From positions 4,464,001-4,528,000 of the forward strand of contig NC_043005.1 in NCBI RefSeq assembly GCF_006345805.1: a stretch of 64,000 nt of DNA, written 5' to 3'. Under the pieces are notes generated by a model, which was given only the letters and a program-made list of their open reading frames with translations, ran no database searches and had not been told where the DNA came from. Positions 25,330 to 38,618 of this stretch are shown here, piece after piece. Positions within the stretch are counted from its first letter, which is position 1. Every line of letters begins with the position of its first letter. A program made the translations under genes and the position numbers. Source of the DNA: Octopus sinensis. Taxonomy: Eukaryota.

Positions 25330-25516
25330 CCCTTTATCATTCACATTGTTCTAAAAAAATGTAATGTTTTTTGGGTTTTTTTATTTTGTTATGAATTATC
25401 TTGTAGCTTTGAGATTTCGATGATGTGACCATTTAGTTTTAGAATGGCCAGACTTGGCTAACTTGAACATAAAACGGAATATCTGGACTGATATGGCTGA
25501 TTTGAATGCCAAAGGG
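25330..25516. mobile_element. TTAA-flanked piggyBac-type MITE; related older copies at about 4787-4992, 32280-32494, 43329-43467, 43732-43912
   Basis: TTAA CCCTTT...AAAGGG TTAA termini and shared internal AT-rich sequence among copies. Confidence 0.7.
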
Positions 25517-27130
25517 TTAATAGAAGTTGTCAGCTCTGAGTTTTACTGAAATGAATAATATAGATTCATCTATTAATAGAAATTTTTGCTGTTTTCACTC
25601 TCTTCCTATTCTAGAAATCTTCCTCACAACATATCATTGACATGTTCAGAAATTCCTCCAAGAAACCATGATTGGTCTAAAGATTTCAGCAGATTGTCTT
25701 TGTAATGCTAAACACCATTCTTCTGACCAACATTCTTCTATGTTCTTCTATGTTCCAATCATTGGACTGCAGCCATCTTGACCGAACCATCACAGAATCG
25801 ACCATCACTGGTTTAAGTGTGCTTCACAGTGTTTTAGCTTTTGAATAATGCCACCACCACCACCACCACCACCCCCGCTGGCCTGGTGAGCAGACCAGCA
25901 CTGCCCCTGGCTGGAAGGCTCTTCCATCACAGGGTTACTCATTTACAGCTGAGGACTGGAACAATGTGAAATGAAGTGTTTTGCTCAAGAACATAAATCA
26001 CAACCCAGTCCAAAAACGAAGCCCATGATGTAGCATTCATGAGTGCAAAACCTTGATCACTAGGCCACATGCCTTCACACACACACACACACATACTTAT
26101 AGATTCAGACATAGATGGGCACCGTTTCCTAACCTGTGCCTTGCTTTTGCTAATTGTTTTCTGTGTCTAATCATGAGAAGAGACACAGACATCCTCTTGA
26201 TTCTCCCACCCCTTTCATCTGGCAGTAGAACCAGGATGTGACAACTGGGGAATGAAAAAGAGAGAGAGAGAGAGATGTCCCAGCAGTTGGATGGCATTCA
26301 TTTGCAGCTGATTTAACGGGAGCAATGTGCAATGGATTTGCTTTTCTCAAGGACACAACTTACTGTCTGATCCTAGAATTGAACCCATGACATTATGATT
26401 GTAAGCCAAACACCCTAACCACTAAGCCATGCACTGTTGCTATATACAGATACACACAAACACATACATACACTGGGGTCATATATTTCATAATAATAAT
26501 TTTAGTGTGCTCAGTGAGTGTTGCATATCTTACCAGTGATGGCAAATCCATCATGGTTATTAATCTCACTCAATAACATAATTGTTGACCATAACAGAAC
26601 ACCAATTTTTCTGTCTCTGGTTTTGAAATGTTGTGACATTTGGTCCAAGGTAGCTCTGCACATCCCACAGCCGGTTTATATACTATTGTCTGTTTAATAG
26701 ACGACAGGATTACGGAAGAATGATAAAAATATGGAAGGATGATTTTCTTTTCTTTTTTCATTAGACTACGGCCATGTTGGGGCAGTGCCTTGAATATTTA
26801 ATCGAAGGAATCAACCGCAGTTCTTACCTTTTACAACTTGGTACTTATTCTGTCTCTTTCTCTTTGCTGAACCGCTAAGTTATGGGGATGTATAAACACA
26901 CTAATATCAGTTATCAAACACAGTGGTGGGGTACAAATACAGACAGAAACAAACACACATATATTCTCTCTCTCTCTCCCATACACACACACACACACAC
27001 ACGTACAGGATGTAGTGAATAAATTGTCATCTAAATTATGCAAAAATGAAAATAACACTGACATCTCATTTTAACAGATATATTCACCAATAATAACATA
27101 AAATATATCTTGAAATATTAAAGAGTAAAT

Positions 27131-27499
27131 TTATTCAATAAAATTGCCATTGGCTTCAACTACGGCCTCCATACAACTTCAGAATCTCCTGCAACACTTC
27201 TTGATGGTCTCCTTGTTTAAGTTTGTGAATGCTGCCATAACCCTTGCTTTCAATTCATCTTTGGTGTTACAAGGAGTTTTGTTGGTTGCTTTGCTCAACT
27301 GTCCCACTCACAATAATCAAAAGGGTTGCAGTCTGGGGAGTTAGGTGGCCAGATGTTAGGGGTGGTATGGTCGCAGAAAATGTCTGACAGCCATGACTGG
27401 GCTTTCCTGCTTGTGTGGCATGGTGCAGTACCCTGTTGACAGACTTAGGATCTTCCAGCAGCCACCCTCTTGACCCAGGGCAGTGCTGCCTCCTCCAGG
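27131..27499 (-). mobile_element. Tc1/mariner superfamily DD37D (maT-type) transposase C-terminal remnant
   Basis: LEEAALPWVKRVAAGRS*VCQQGTAPCHTSRKAQSWLS...IWPPNSPDCNPFDY; 37 residues between the mutated QQ(D>G) and NPFD positions. Confidence 0.8.
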
Positions 27500-27524
27500 C
27501 ACTTGATGTAAGCTTCTGTGTTCT

Positions 27525-28208
27525 ATGAAGCTAGCATGATCCACTGGATGTGTGATGTCAGTGTGCACACACGACAGAGTGTAAGTGTCCTGAGAGAAAT
27601 GCTGGACGTAAGAAGCATCGGATGTGGCATGCAAGAGAGACATTTGCACTGGTATGGTCATGTACTACGGATGGATGAGGAGAGATGTGTGAAGAAGTGC
27701 CACTCCCAAACAGTTGAAGGAATCCAGGGTAGAGGTAGACCCAGGAAGACATGGGACGAGGTGGTGAAATATGACCTTCAAACGTTGAGCCTCACAGAAG
27801 CAATGACGAAAGACCGAGACCTCTGGAGACATGCTGTGACTGCGAAGACCCGACAAATAACGTGAGTTCGTGGCTGTATCCTACACCAGTTTTGCATAAC
27901 CAGCCGCAGCCCATTCAAAAGTACCTTGGATCATTGGGTGACCTACTGTGCTTGAGGAGACCTATTGAGTGAAGTACATCAACATCAAAATGGAAATCAA
28001 ATGGAAATTGTAGTTGTGATACCCGTGCTGGTGGCACGTAAAAAGCACCCACTACACTCAGAGTGGTTGGCGTTAGGAAGGGCATCAAGCTATAGAAACA
28101 CTGCCAGATCAGACTGGAGCCTGGTGCAGCCTCCTGGCTTCCCAGACCCCAGTCAAACCATCCAACCCATGCTAGCACGGAAAACAGACGTTAAACAATG
28201 ATGATGAT
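27525..28208 (+). mobile_element. RTE LINE 3' fragment
   Basis: EASMIHWMC...RGRPRKTWDEVVKYDL...DRDLWR, then 3' UTR core and GTTAAACAATGATGATGAT. Confidence 0.9.
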
Positions 28209-28215
28209 ATATATA

Positions 28216-29272
28216 TCTATATATATAAAACTCAACTTGTGTGTCTGTGTGTTTAACTTCCCGGCACATCTCCTCCTAGCCAACAAATCGTAGAACCACT
28301 AAAAATGGGTCACTTAAAGTTTAGGCGAATGAAAATTGAACTGCGCTATTTCTGTTACGAAGTTCATCTCGCAAGTGCAAAAATCAATAATGTGTTTGTT
28401 TAGGCCTTATCCCATGCATTGAATAGTGAACTTTACTCAGTCAGCTGTTTGACGTGAACTGTGTTCACCACATGTGCAAGCATGCATAAATTGCATGAAA
28501 AATAAAAAATCAAGATATTAAAAACGAATTGCCATAAACATTGTAGAAATTCGGCAAAGAAATTAATTTTCGGGATGTAGCCTGGAGGGTTTTTTCGTAT
28601 AAATCGTTTGGACTTTGTGAACACATACCAATTGTTTTCATAACATTTTTAACGCTTTGAATTAAATGTGACCATTTTGCGTTGAGTCTGCAGTTTGAAT
28701 CACTTTAACCAAATTTTAGCAGGCCGGATTTTTGATCATCACGATACATCGCCAGCGACTCCCTGAAACTCTCCCCTGAAATCCCCGTTGAGAAATCTAT
28801 ATATATAAAACTCAGCTTGTGTGTATCTGTGTGTGTGTCTGTGTGTTTAACTTTTGGATCTACCAAGTTTCATTATTAAGGATAGAAAGTAGTGTGTAGC
28901 AAATCTATATATATAAAGCTGAAATTGTCTGTGTGTGGCAGGTTTGGTAGCCTTCGAGACCCTCTAGCGCAAGTTGACCAAAATTGAGAGTATGATAGAA
29001 GAAGGCTTGCTCTTCATTCTGTAGAAGATAAAATTCAAATTGGACCATGTTAACACCAAAAATTATTTACATCAAAAAGGTGCTTTTTTTTCTATGAAAA
29101 TCCCTATTTTTTACGATTTTTGACTGCTGTGTCACCATTTTCCGGTGTATTTCAACTAGAAAAAATGTTCACTTGAAGAGAATAACAAGTTGCATAATGC
29201 AAAATTTTTACTTTTCAAAAATTCCAATTCTAAAAGGTCGTAACAAACCCAAGCAACACCAGGTGATACTGC

Positions 29273-29275
<3 letters not shown>
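28216..29275 (+). mobile_element. Non-autonomous Helitron stack (three 5' ends, one 3' end)
   Basis: A|TCTATATATATAAA starts at 28216, 28796 and 28904; 3' end has degenerate hairpin ACCCAAGCAACACCAGGT then CTAG|T at 29275. Confidence 0.7.
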
Positions 29276-29305
<30 letters not shown>

Positions 29306-30055
29306 AGAAAGAAAGAGTTCCTGTCTACCGAATCCACTCACAAGGTTTTGGTTGGCCTGAGGCTATAGTAGAAGACACTTATCCAAGGTGCCATGCAGTG
29401 GGGCTGGGCCTAGGACCATGTGGCTGGGAAGTAAACTTACCTTTTCTTCCTGAATATGCACTGATAAAGCTGGAGTACATCTAATATACCTGTACATCTT
29501 TTATGCCATCAAATATGTAAGTTGTAGGTATGAATTGAAAATTCACCGACAGAAATTGATTTTCACTCTTTGACTTGTTTTACATCTACTTTTCCATGCT
29601 ATCGTGGGTTAGAGGAATACATTAATGAGGCATTGTTCTACAATTGAATAGTGAGGCTTGATTAGGATATTCGGCTCATGGTCATAAGGTTCTGAATTCT
29701 ATCCCCGGTGGCATGTTGTGTCCTTGAGCAAGACACTTTATTCCACGTTGCTCCAGTCCATTCAGCTGGCAATAAGGAGTTGTTCCTGTATTTCAAAGGG
29801 TCAGCCTTGTCACATTCTATGTCATGCTGAATCTTCCTCAGAACTACATTAAGGGTTCGCGTGTCTGTGGAATACTCAGCCCCTTGCATGTTCTCTGTTG
29901 ATGGAATCAACTACAACCCTTGCCATCATAACCGGCAGAGTGCCAGTTAGATATGTATGTGTGAAGAGAGAAAGTGACAATCACATAGACACACGCATTC
30001 ATCGATAGATGTGTGGCCGTTCTTATTGAAAGCATTCTGTATCTAAACAGGAGTA

Positions 30056-30210
30056 GGAGTGGCTGTGTGGTAAGTAGCTTGCTTACCAACCACATGGTTG
30101 TGGGTTCAGTCCCACTGCATGACACCTTGGGTAAGTGTCCTCTACTATAACCTCAAGCCAACCAAAACCTTATGAGTGGATTTCGTCGGTGGAAACTGAA
30201 AGAAGCCCGT

Positions 30211-30259
<49 letters not shown>

Positions 30260-30470
30260 ATATATATATGTTTGTGTGTGTGTGTTTGTCCCGCCAACAT
30301 CACTTGACAACCGATGCTGGTGTGTTTACGTCCCCCTTAACTTAGTGGTTCAGCAAAAAAGGCTGATAGAATAAGTGCTAGGCTTACAAACAATAAGTCC
30401 TGGGGTTGATTTGTTCGACTAAAGGTGGTGCTCCAGCATGGCAATAGTCAGATGACTGAAATGAGTAAAG
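30056..30470 (+). mobile_element. tRNA-derived SINE with internal (TG)n(TA)n microsatellite; other copies 51625-51985(-), 50595-50770(+), 12262-12400(-), 29315-29440(-), and a split copy 54450-54666 / 57245-57400(-)
   Basis: Head GTGGCTGTGTGGTAAG...GGTTCAGTCCC, body ending GAAACTGAAAGAAGCCCG, microsatellite, then 3' half ending GACTGAAA..AGTAAA. Confidence 0.8.
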
Positions 30471-31560
30471 GAAAATTCCTTCCTGTATTCTTTAGTCAAC
30501 TTCTTAACAAAACAGTAACTAATAAAACTTTTCATTCCAAATCCCTTCCATGAAGGAAGATGATGACAGCATCACCAAAATGATGACACAGAATACATTT
30601 GATGTCCGTGTGTGTGTAGGAATCTGTCCCAGCTGCAGTTTCTATGGTTTTTCAAAATTTCAGTTGATTCTTTTCATTGGAGTTATCTCCCTTGGGGTAT
30701 TTTAGATTTTAAACCACCTTAGAAGGAGTTTTGTCTATTAATTGCATTGATAATCGAAGATTTTCCACTCTGTATCACATATGTGAGCCCCTACCATACT
30801 TGTATGTGTGTAGACTTACCACTGTGATGTTCCTCCTTCTGCGATTTGAAATTTCACTAAAATCCATCTCCATTTCTCATTCTCCAGATTTAATAGTTTA
30901 ATATTCTTTTTTTATTGTTGCAAAATAATTTTTCTTTGTTTGGTTGGTGTCTTTTTTCATGGATTTTTTTCTCCACAAGTTTTGTCACTTTTTCCACAAC
31001 TTTATTGTACAAATTACTCAATGTACATCTTGAGCAAGATAATCACACCCACCCATCCCTTTACACAACTGAAGCTATTCTGATGACTAAAACGAAGCAA
31101 ATATCTAATCCAGACTCATTAAAATGTTGTTAACGAGAGATAAATATCAGCCAAGGCAGGACACTAGTGCAGAGAAAAATAATGTCTGAAAGCAGTCCCT
31201 TAATGCAAATTCCCTCCTGATGCCTGCTCCTCTTCAAAATAACTTTGTTATAATGAACTTTCTTCTCCCAGAATACTGTTTGGCAGTAAGCTGCTACAAC
31301 ACAGCCAAGATAAGTTTGAAGAACCAGACTCTGAAGAACATTTTTTGCAGTAGGTTCTCTTCGTTTTGGTGATTTCTCTATAGTGTCCTGCTTGATGGCT
31401 TCATTTGTGCGACGTTTGTGAAACAATTCAACCAGCTTATGATTTTCTACAATGCCAAAATTGACACAAAAAAAAATCACGTATATATATATATATACAT
31501 CTATATTCTTTGTGAAATCAAAGCTTACCTCATCTTTCCTTTTTTCTTTTATTATTATTA

Positions 31561-31592
<32 letters not shown>

Positions 31593-34247
31593 TTCTTTGC
31601 CATAATTGTGAGATGTTCACAATTGCTTTAACTTTGTTTATACAGCTTGCCCACTTCCATACATGAAGCAGTGTTATCCAGCTCGCTGCAAACTTGCTAG
31701 AGTTTACTACCGCGCTAAGTGGGAACACACCACTTGTGTGGTTTTGTTCAGTGACTTTTCCCTCCGCTCATGGTAAACCTTTCTATTGTCCAAGCTAAAC
31801 CTGTCAACGTCAGTGTATTTTCAACAGCACCTGTCGACAAATATTCCACAATAATGTTCAGTCGTGCTCTTATTTTCTGTTGCTGCTGCTACTACTGCTG
31901 CTGCTGCTTCTTCTTCAGGACATCTTTCCTTTATTTACAATTCTTGTCTGCTGTTAGCTAAACAATTCTTTTACACTGAGAGCTCACTGAAGAATACAGC
32001 TTGGAAGATATTAATTAAATGTAGATTATGTAATGTTTAGAGGAGATCTGTATTGATCAAATATTTGTGTAAATAGCCAACCCCGTCTCTCTGCATTATT
32101 GGATAGTATGGTGTATTATAAATTCTCTGTGTCCAATATATGCTAGTCTGATAGAATGACGGTAAAAAGCAAAACGTGTGAGGTTTGTGGGTTTATTTTA
32201 GAGAGGCACAGGGATTAGTGAAGCTAAATACCCTTAATGTCGAATTTAAAACTTGTCTCAAGATGTTCCTGAGGGTTCACCCTTTTCTTGCCGTTATTCT
32301 GTTGAAATACACTGCCTTTGTTTCAATGAGTTTTGAAAATAATGAAGAATTTAGTGAAATAAGTTTGTCGTGATGAAACTGGTGTTTGGAATGGAAACAC
32401 TTTAATGGAAGGAAGTCTCAGTCTAGATCCCTTTAGGCGGGAAGTTTGGATCATAGGCCCAGTGGTAATCATTAGTGGGTTGGTATCGAAAGGGTTAAAC
32501 AAGGAAATAAAGGACTACTCTCTTGTCAAAGGGTTTGTTGAATAAACAGCGAGCCCTAAAAAGTCAGAAATGTAGTCATTCAGATTTACAGTTTTATCTC
32601 CTCCATGTCAAAGGAGTACCTGTTGGGGTACCAAAAACATATGAAACTGGTTGAAAGTCACTGCACTTCAGTCAAAATATGTTGCATGATTTCTAATCCA
32701 CATGAAAAACAATTGAGAACATTTCCAAACTCAAATTCCAATATTCTCTTTCCAATCTTTTCCAGACATTTTAGGCATGGAGGACACGAATACTGTATAT
32801 TTGTGTCTGTTTATTTTTATTTATTCTTAGATAGCTTGGTGGACTTTTAATCCAGTGTTTCTGTGGGGTTACAGGTGGTTGTTATTACTTTTAAGCAAAA
32901 ATCCATACATTTCGGATAGGCTCATGGTTGGTCCCCACCCCATCTCTCTAATTCGATGTGTTGTATAGTGTCTGTCTTTCTTTTAATTTGTTTTTCTGTC
33001 TACCTTTCTTTTGTTTTTATATATATACATATATATATATATATGAGTGTATGTACATATATATATACATACACACATACATGTATAGATATATTTATGT
33101 GTATATAGTATATATATTTTATATGTAACCCTACGATGATGATGATAGAAAACAACTATTTTTTTTATTATAAATTTTATAGCAATAGTCTTGCAGTGGT
33201 GTACGTGCTCTAATTCATATATATTATATTCACACACGCACACACATATATTATTTTTAATTAAAATATCTTTTATTCCTAAATTACACCTAAGATTTTT
33301 TTAGGGACCATTTTTAGGATAGAAGTTCATAATGATTTCTATACCTGTTTGCCCCTGTTTTCTTAAAGGTATCTTTACATTATCCCCAGAAGATACAAAA
33401 AGACCGTTGAGAAAACTCTCATTTCCTAATAGTAAGTATGGTAACTACAGGTGATCTGGATTTTGGGGGAAGTTACACCATTAAGCATTTTTATTTACAT
33501 TTATTTACATATCACCATTTTTTCTTCTTCTTTTTATCTTCATTAAAAAAAAAATTTGTTTTTTTTATTTTTTTATTTATTTTCCGTTGTTAATTTTTTT
33601 TTCTTCTTTTTATTATTTTGCTTTTTTTAAAGTTGGCCTGTGGAAGCGCAGTTGCTATCATTTCAGACAGTGGTTTCCCGAAAGTGCTGGGTGTAGGTCT
33701 CTTTTCACACACTCTCTCTCTCTGTCTCTCTCTCATAGCTCCATCCCAGTCTTACTCACCTCTCCATCCCAGCCCACCCCAAAATTCTTCTCTACTAATA
33801 AACCTAAAAATAGTTTGGATGTTAGGGTGTTCTTGGCAGATAATGTTCTTACTACCAATGTTCTTAATACTCGTAGAATTAACCTTACTCGGCCGACTGA
33901 TCAAGACAGAGCTTCTCAATAACAAGCTTAGACTGTTTTCGTTAAAGAAAAGGATTCTTTTTGAGATATATAAAGAAAAATGTATGCTACAGCAGAATTT
34001 AATAAAAGCTACTTTTCCTTTTTTTTTTAATTTCTACTACTTTTGGTTTTGTTCGTGTATTTTTTTTTTTCCATGCATGTTCCAGCAGAAGGAAAATGAG
34101 GCGTCACCATTTTAATATCTGTTCTTGTTGCTTTTATAAACACCGTCCCACCCTAGAGATATTATTGCTTTCATTTTGCTAATCCCTCACCCATCCTTAC
34201 ACACACACACACACACACACATTATACACCACACACACACCTGAATA

Positions 34248-34370
<123 letters not shown>

Positions 34371-35640
34371 GCATTATCCAAGGGCTTATTTGCTTGTAAA
34401 TGATTTTTTTTAATATTGACAAATTTTTGTATTTTTGTTTTGTCTTTATTTGGGTTTTATTTTATTTTATTATTGCTTATATTTATGTGTGCAAGGTTTT
34501 TAATTTTCATTAATGATTGAAGTGTTAATTGTTTTGTTTGTTGTTGTTTGTTTTGTTTTTTTGTTTTGTTACTTAATTTGCTGGGTTCTTTTTTTTCAAT
34601 TTCTTTATTTTTGTATTTTTGGTATTCCCGCTGCAGGACTTTTTGGCCAATATATTTATATTTATTGAATGATTTTTAACTTGCGCTATAACAACAGCTG
34701 CTGGCTATTGCATGGATCAATGCTTTTGACCTTCAATATTTTTTTATCTCAATTTTTTTTTTCAGGTTGCTAACTTCATATATTGCATGTTTTTCTTTTT
34801 TTCTGTTTTTCTCTGCATCAATCTTAGATAGAGAAATCCAATATTTATTTTTTTTTTAATTTAGTAAAAAAAAAATATTTAAATTTGTTCAATCGTTTAA
34901 ATGACAAAAAAAATTGTTTTGTTTTTTTAAATTTGTTTGATAAACTGTATTTTATTTAATTATTTAAATTATAAATGTCATTTTAAAATAAATTTTTGTT
35001 TTAATGCAATATGATATGTGCCTCTTCTGAGTTGACAGCTTTTGGAATTGCATACAGGTTTGATTGTTATTCTGCTAACATTGATATAAAAAATAATAAT
35101 AATAATAATAATAATAAAAACATGTAAATTTGTGGGAATAATGTGGTTAAATTGGTAACATTTGATTATCTCAAGACCGACATAGAGTACCATTCACTTA
35201 TACAATGGAAATGCCATTGGAAACATTTGATATTTTATTAGGTTTCTACTTATGGTACATCAAATTAGGCCTTCAAAACTCTCAATATATGTAAACCTGT
35301 CGTCTACTCATTAAAAAGAAAAGTATTTTATTGATGTTTCAAACACATATATTCATCTTGTAAAAGTTGATATTTTCACTGCCTTTGATTTATTGTCTAG
35401 GCTTAATTTCTTGTGTCTTCACTGGCCCTTTTTTACCTTATCTACAGCCTATAAGACCAACAGTTTTACTGTTGAACTATATTATTATTTAATATCTAAT
35501 TTATCGAGGTATTTTCTGAACAATAGAAAATTTGCCAGTGTAAGAATGTTCTGTATTTATTAGTTACTTTCTTATATAATTCTTATATAAACTCTATAAT
35601 TGTATCTTCTGAAGTTTTGTTAATAATTTGTGTTGATTCC

Positions 35641-36005
35641 TGGCACTCCGTTGGTTACAACGACGAGCGTTCCAGTTGATCTGATCAACCAAACAGCCTT
35701 TTTGTGAAATTAACGTGCAAGTGGCTGAGCACTCCACAGAGATGTGTACCCTTAACGTAGTTCTCAGGGAGATTCAGCGTGACACAGTGTGTGACAAGGC
35801 TGGCCCTCTGAAATACAAGTACAACAGAAAGAGTAAGAGAAAGTTGTGGTGAAAGAGTACAGCAGGGTTCGTCACCACCCCTTGCTGGAGTCTTGTGGAG
35901 CTTTAGGTGTTTTTGCTCAATAAACACAACGCCTGGTATGGGAATCAAAAACGTGATCCCACGACTACGAGTCCACTGCTCTAGCCACTGGGCCATTGCA
36001 CCTCC
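35641..36005 (-). mobile_element. tRNA-derived SINE, third family; other copies about 9535-9810(-) and 29658-29900(+)
   Basis: Head TGGCCCAGTGGCTAGAGC...TTTTGATTCCC; shared body CCAGCCTTGTCACA...GAGAACTACGTTAAGGG. Confidence 0.7.
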
Positions 36006-38433
36006 ACTCGTGCTGATTAAATAGACATTAATATCTCAGCAATTGTGAATTACTGTGCTTTAGATATCACAAAACAGTTACAATATTTATATCCTCCACA
36101 TACTGAGAGAACATCACTAGAGATATCAATTTCTCCATTGGATATCATCTGACTTATTTATCCTTTTTACCAATTCAAATAGTCTCTTCAGTCTTGTCTT
36201 GAGGAGGTAAAATTTTCAGCCTCTGATAGTCTAAAGAGAAATGCTTCTCAAAATTATTTTCCTTTGCTAAGATTTAGCGCTTATTCTCCAAACTCTTTTC
36301 TCTTGTCTTATAAGGGAAAGCTTTCCTGAAATATTATAGAAACATTAAACAACATATGTAGGGTGAAACAAAATCCTGTCCTTATTTACTGGCATTGCTT
36401 TGCATATTTTGCCTAATTTCTCACTTGCATTGCTTAAAGGTATTCCTAAAATTATTTATGTAATAAATATTCTTTCAACTCTGAGTTTTGTTTTTTTTTT
36501 ATTATTTCTGACTGACAACGGGAACTATCATCCATTGTAAATCTTCAGTTTTAGATTTGAACCTTGCTCCCTTGTCTCTCTCTCTCTCTCTCTACATACA
36601 CACACACATACAGTGGCTTCAGTTAACAAGGGTTTTTTTTTTTTTACATGGTCAATTAACCTGCCAGAAATTGTGCTCTGCTGCCTTAATACATTCGCAT
36701 TTAAGGCAACCATATCTGGCCAAAATATTATATCTGTTTTATGCTTGAATAAGCCAGATCTGACCTCTCACACCTGCCCTACATAGGGTCAGTCAAAAAA
36801 TAAACAATCACTCCATTAAAATCTTGAAGCTCGGAGATCCATGATTCATTCAAAACGGTGTGAATCTAAAAAATATTAAATTCGACAGTAATCCAAATGC
36901 TGAAAGGGCGAAAGGAATAATGTAGTATTAGATACATTGTACCTGGAAAGTGGTCATGGCTGGAATGTCTTTTATCAGAGATGTTATCTCTCAGGCCTTA
37001 CCCGGGGCTCAACAATGACACATTGTCTTCTTCTGGCCCCTTTGCAATAACTCCAACAAGACATCAATTCAATGTCTTTAATGGGAATCAGAATCTCAGT
37101 AGTTCTGGCCTTCAGTTATTATTGGTTTCTCAGCCAAGAGGTGTATATGGAAGGTATAAACACCATTTCTTGCTATTACACAATTTAAAAATATAGTAAA
37201 CATCAGATTTTACCATAGAAGTACTTCAGTTTAATTTCTTACATTACCTTACTTGGTTTTTTCCCATTCCTTACACCCCTCTAAGTTTAAGCAGATTATT
37301 ATTATTATTGAGAGAGAGAGAGCAGTGCATGCCATCAAAGTGACACTGGGATAAAATATATGAAGCCCAGTATGCCCATCATGACTACCCATCTAATAAA
37401 GGTACACCAGGCACATGTATCACAAACATATGTGCATGACATGGTGATCTAATATCAAGATAAACAGTGTATGACTTTGCAGGTGGGGACCTAGTTAGAA
37501 TTTTCTTCTGGTCGAGTAGCCCATCTCGTTCAAAAGGTCCCTGAATAAGGATTGTTTAAGGATGTTGAATGAAACACCCATGTTTCCAGAGGTGAATTAT
37601 CCAAACCTCAAAGAATTCCTCTCAACACATGGCTATGATGCTCCCCCACTACTTCCGCTCGTGATCAGAGATGCACATATCGTCAGCCACTAAGGGACAT
37701 GCTCAACTGGTTACGGTCAAACAACTGACAAGCAAATCTGTGGTATTGAGCAGAATATTTGCTGTAGCCCATCTTTTATACCAAGACAAAAAAAATGTAC
37801 ATGATAACACTTCCAATCAGTTAAGATCAGAAACCATGAGAGCCACTGTCTGGTACTGCATCAGGGCAGTTATTATTATTATTATTATTATTATGGTGGT
37901 GAGCTGGCAGAATTGTTAGCACACTGGGCATTTCATCCGTCTTTACATTCTGAGTTCAAATTCTGCCAAGGTTGACTTTGCCTTTCATCCTTTTGGGGGT
38001 TGATAAAATAAGTACCAGTTATGCACTGGGGTCAATGTAATCGACTAGTCCCCTCCCCCACAAATTTCAGACCTTGTACCTTTAGTCAAAATGATTATTT
38101 TTATTCTGTGTTAAAAGAGTCTGCCATGCTTATAAATAGAAATTGATTGTAATGAGCCCTGAATTAAATGGGGCCTTAATCTATTTATTGATAGGTTATT
38201 GACATAAATTGATTGCAAAGGTTGTTGCTTCTATAATTTTACAGCCATGTCTCTCTTATAAATTTGGGAAAATCTTTGCATTTTCACAAGTCTTTGTTAT
38301 TAATGTTCTTGCCATTTCTATTATCATTATGATTGTTATTGCTATTACTGTTGTTTAATAAATATATTTCTCTGCAAATTTATGTTTTCACCATATTCCA
38401 AACCTTACCGGTTATATTATTTATCCTTTTTAG

Positions 38434-38618
38434 CAAAAGGAAGGACTAATTTGGAGCTTCGGGAGCAGTTCATTTTGGCTCAAGGCGCTGGTCAGTCTGT
38501 GACTGGATTCCTCACCAAGACCCCTCCTGGTAGCCTATACTCTGGTAGTTCTACATACTCGGGTACTGCTTCTTTGAGTGGCCGCTCTGCAAGTTCTGCT
38601 AGTGGTCACATTGGAAAG
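38434..38618 (+). CDS. MACF1: Spectraplakin exon, post-GAR Gly/Ser-rich tail
   Basis: Phase-1 acceptor gives AKGRTNLELREQFILAQG..., the conserved continuation of NDPCR, after a 21664-bp intron; 185 nt, GTAAAG donor. Confidence 0.96.

Noticed and set aside
31272-31285. 14-nt segment between a CAG acceptor and a GTAAGC donor
   Set aside because: Not a multiple of three and no compensating exon was found, so it would shift the frame.
31130-31603. 157-aa minus-strand ORF as a nested antisense gene
   Set aside because: Starts in an (ATA)n/(TA)n repeat, has no recognisable domain and no convincing splice partners.
33739-34115. Phase-1 acceptor at 33738 leading to a hydrophobic stretch (IVWMLGCSWQIMFLLPMFLILVELTLLG), suggesting a membrane-anchored or KASH-like isoform
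   Set aside because: No PPPX terminus, the ORF runs into poly-T sequence, and hydrophobicity is expected from T-rich DNA; the acceptor relies on a (CT)n microsatellite.
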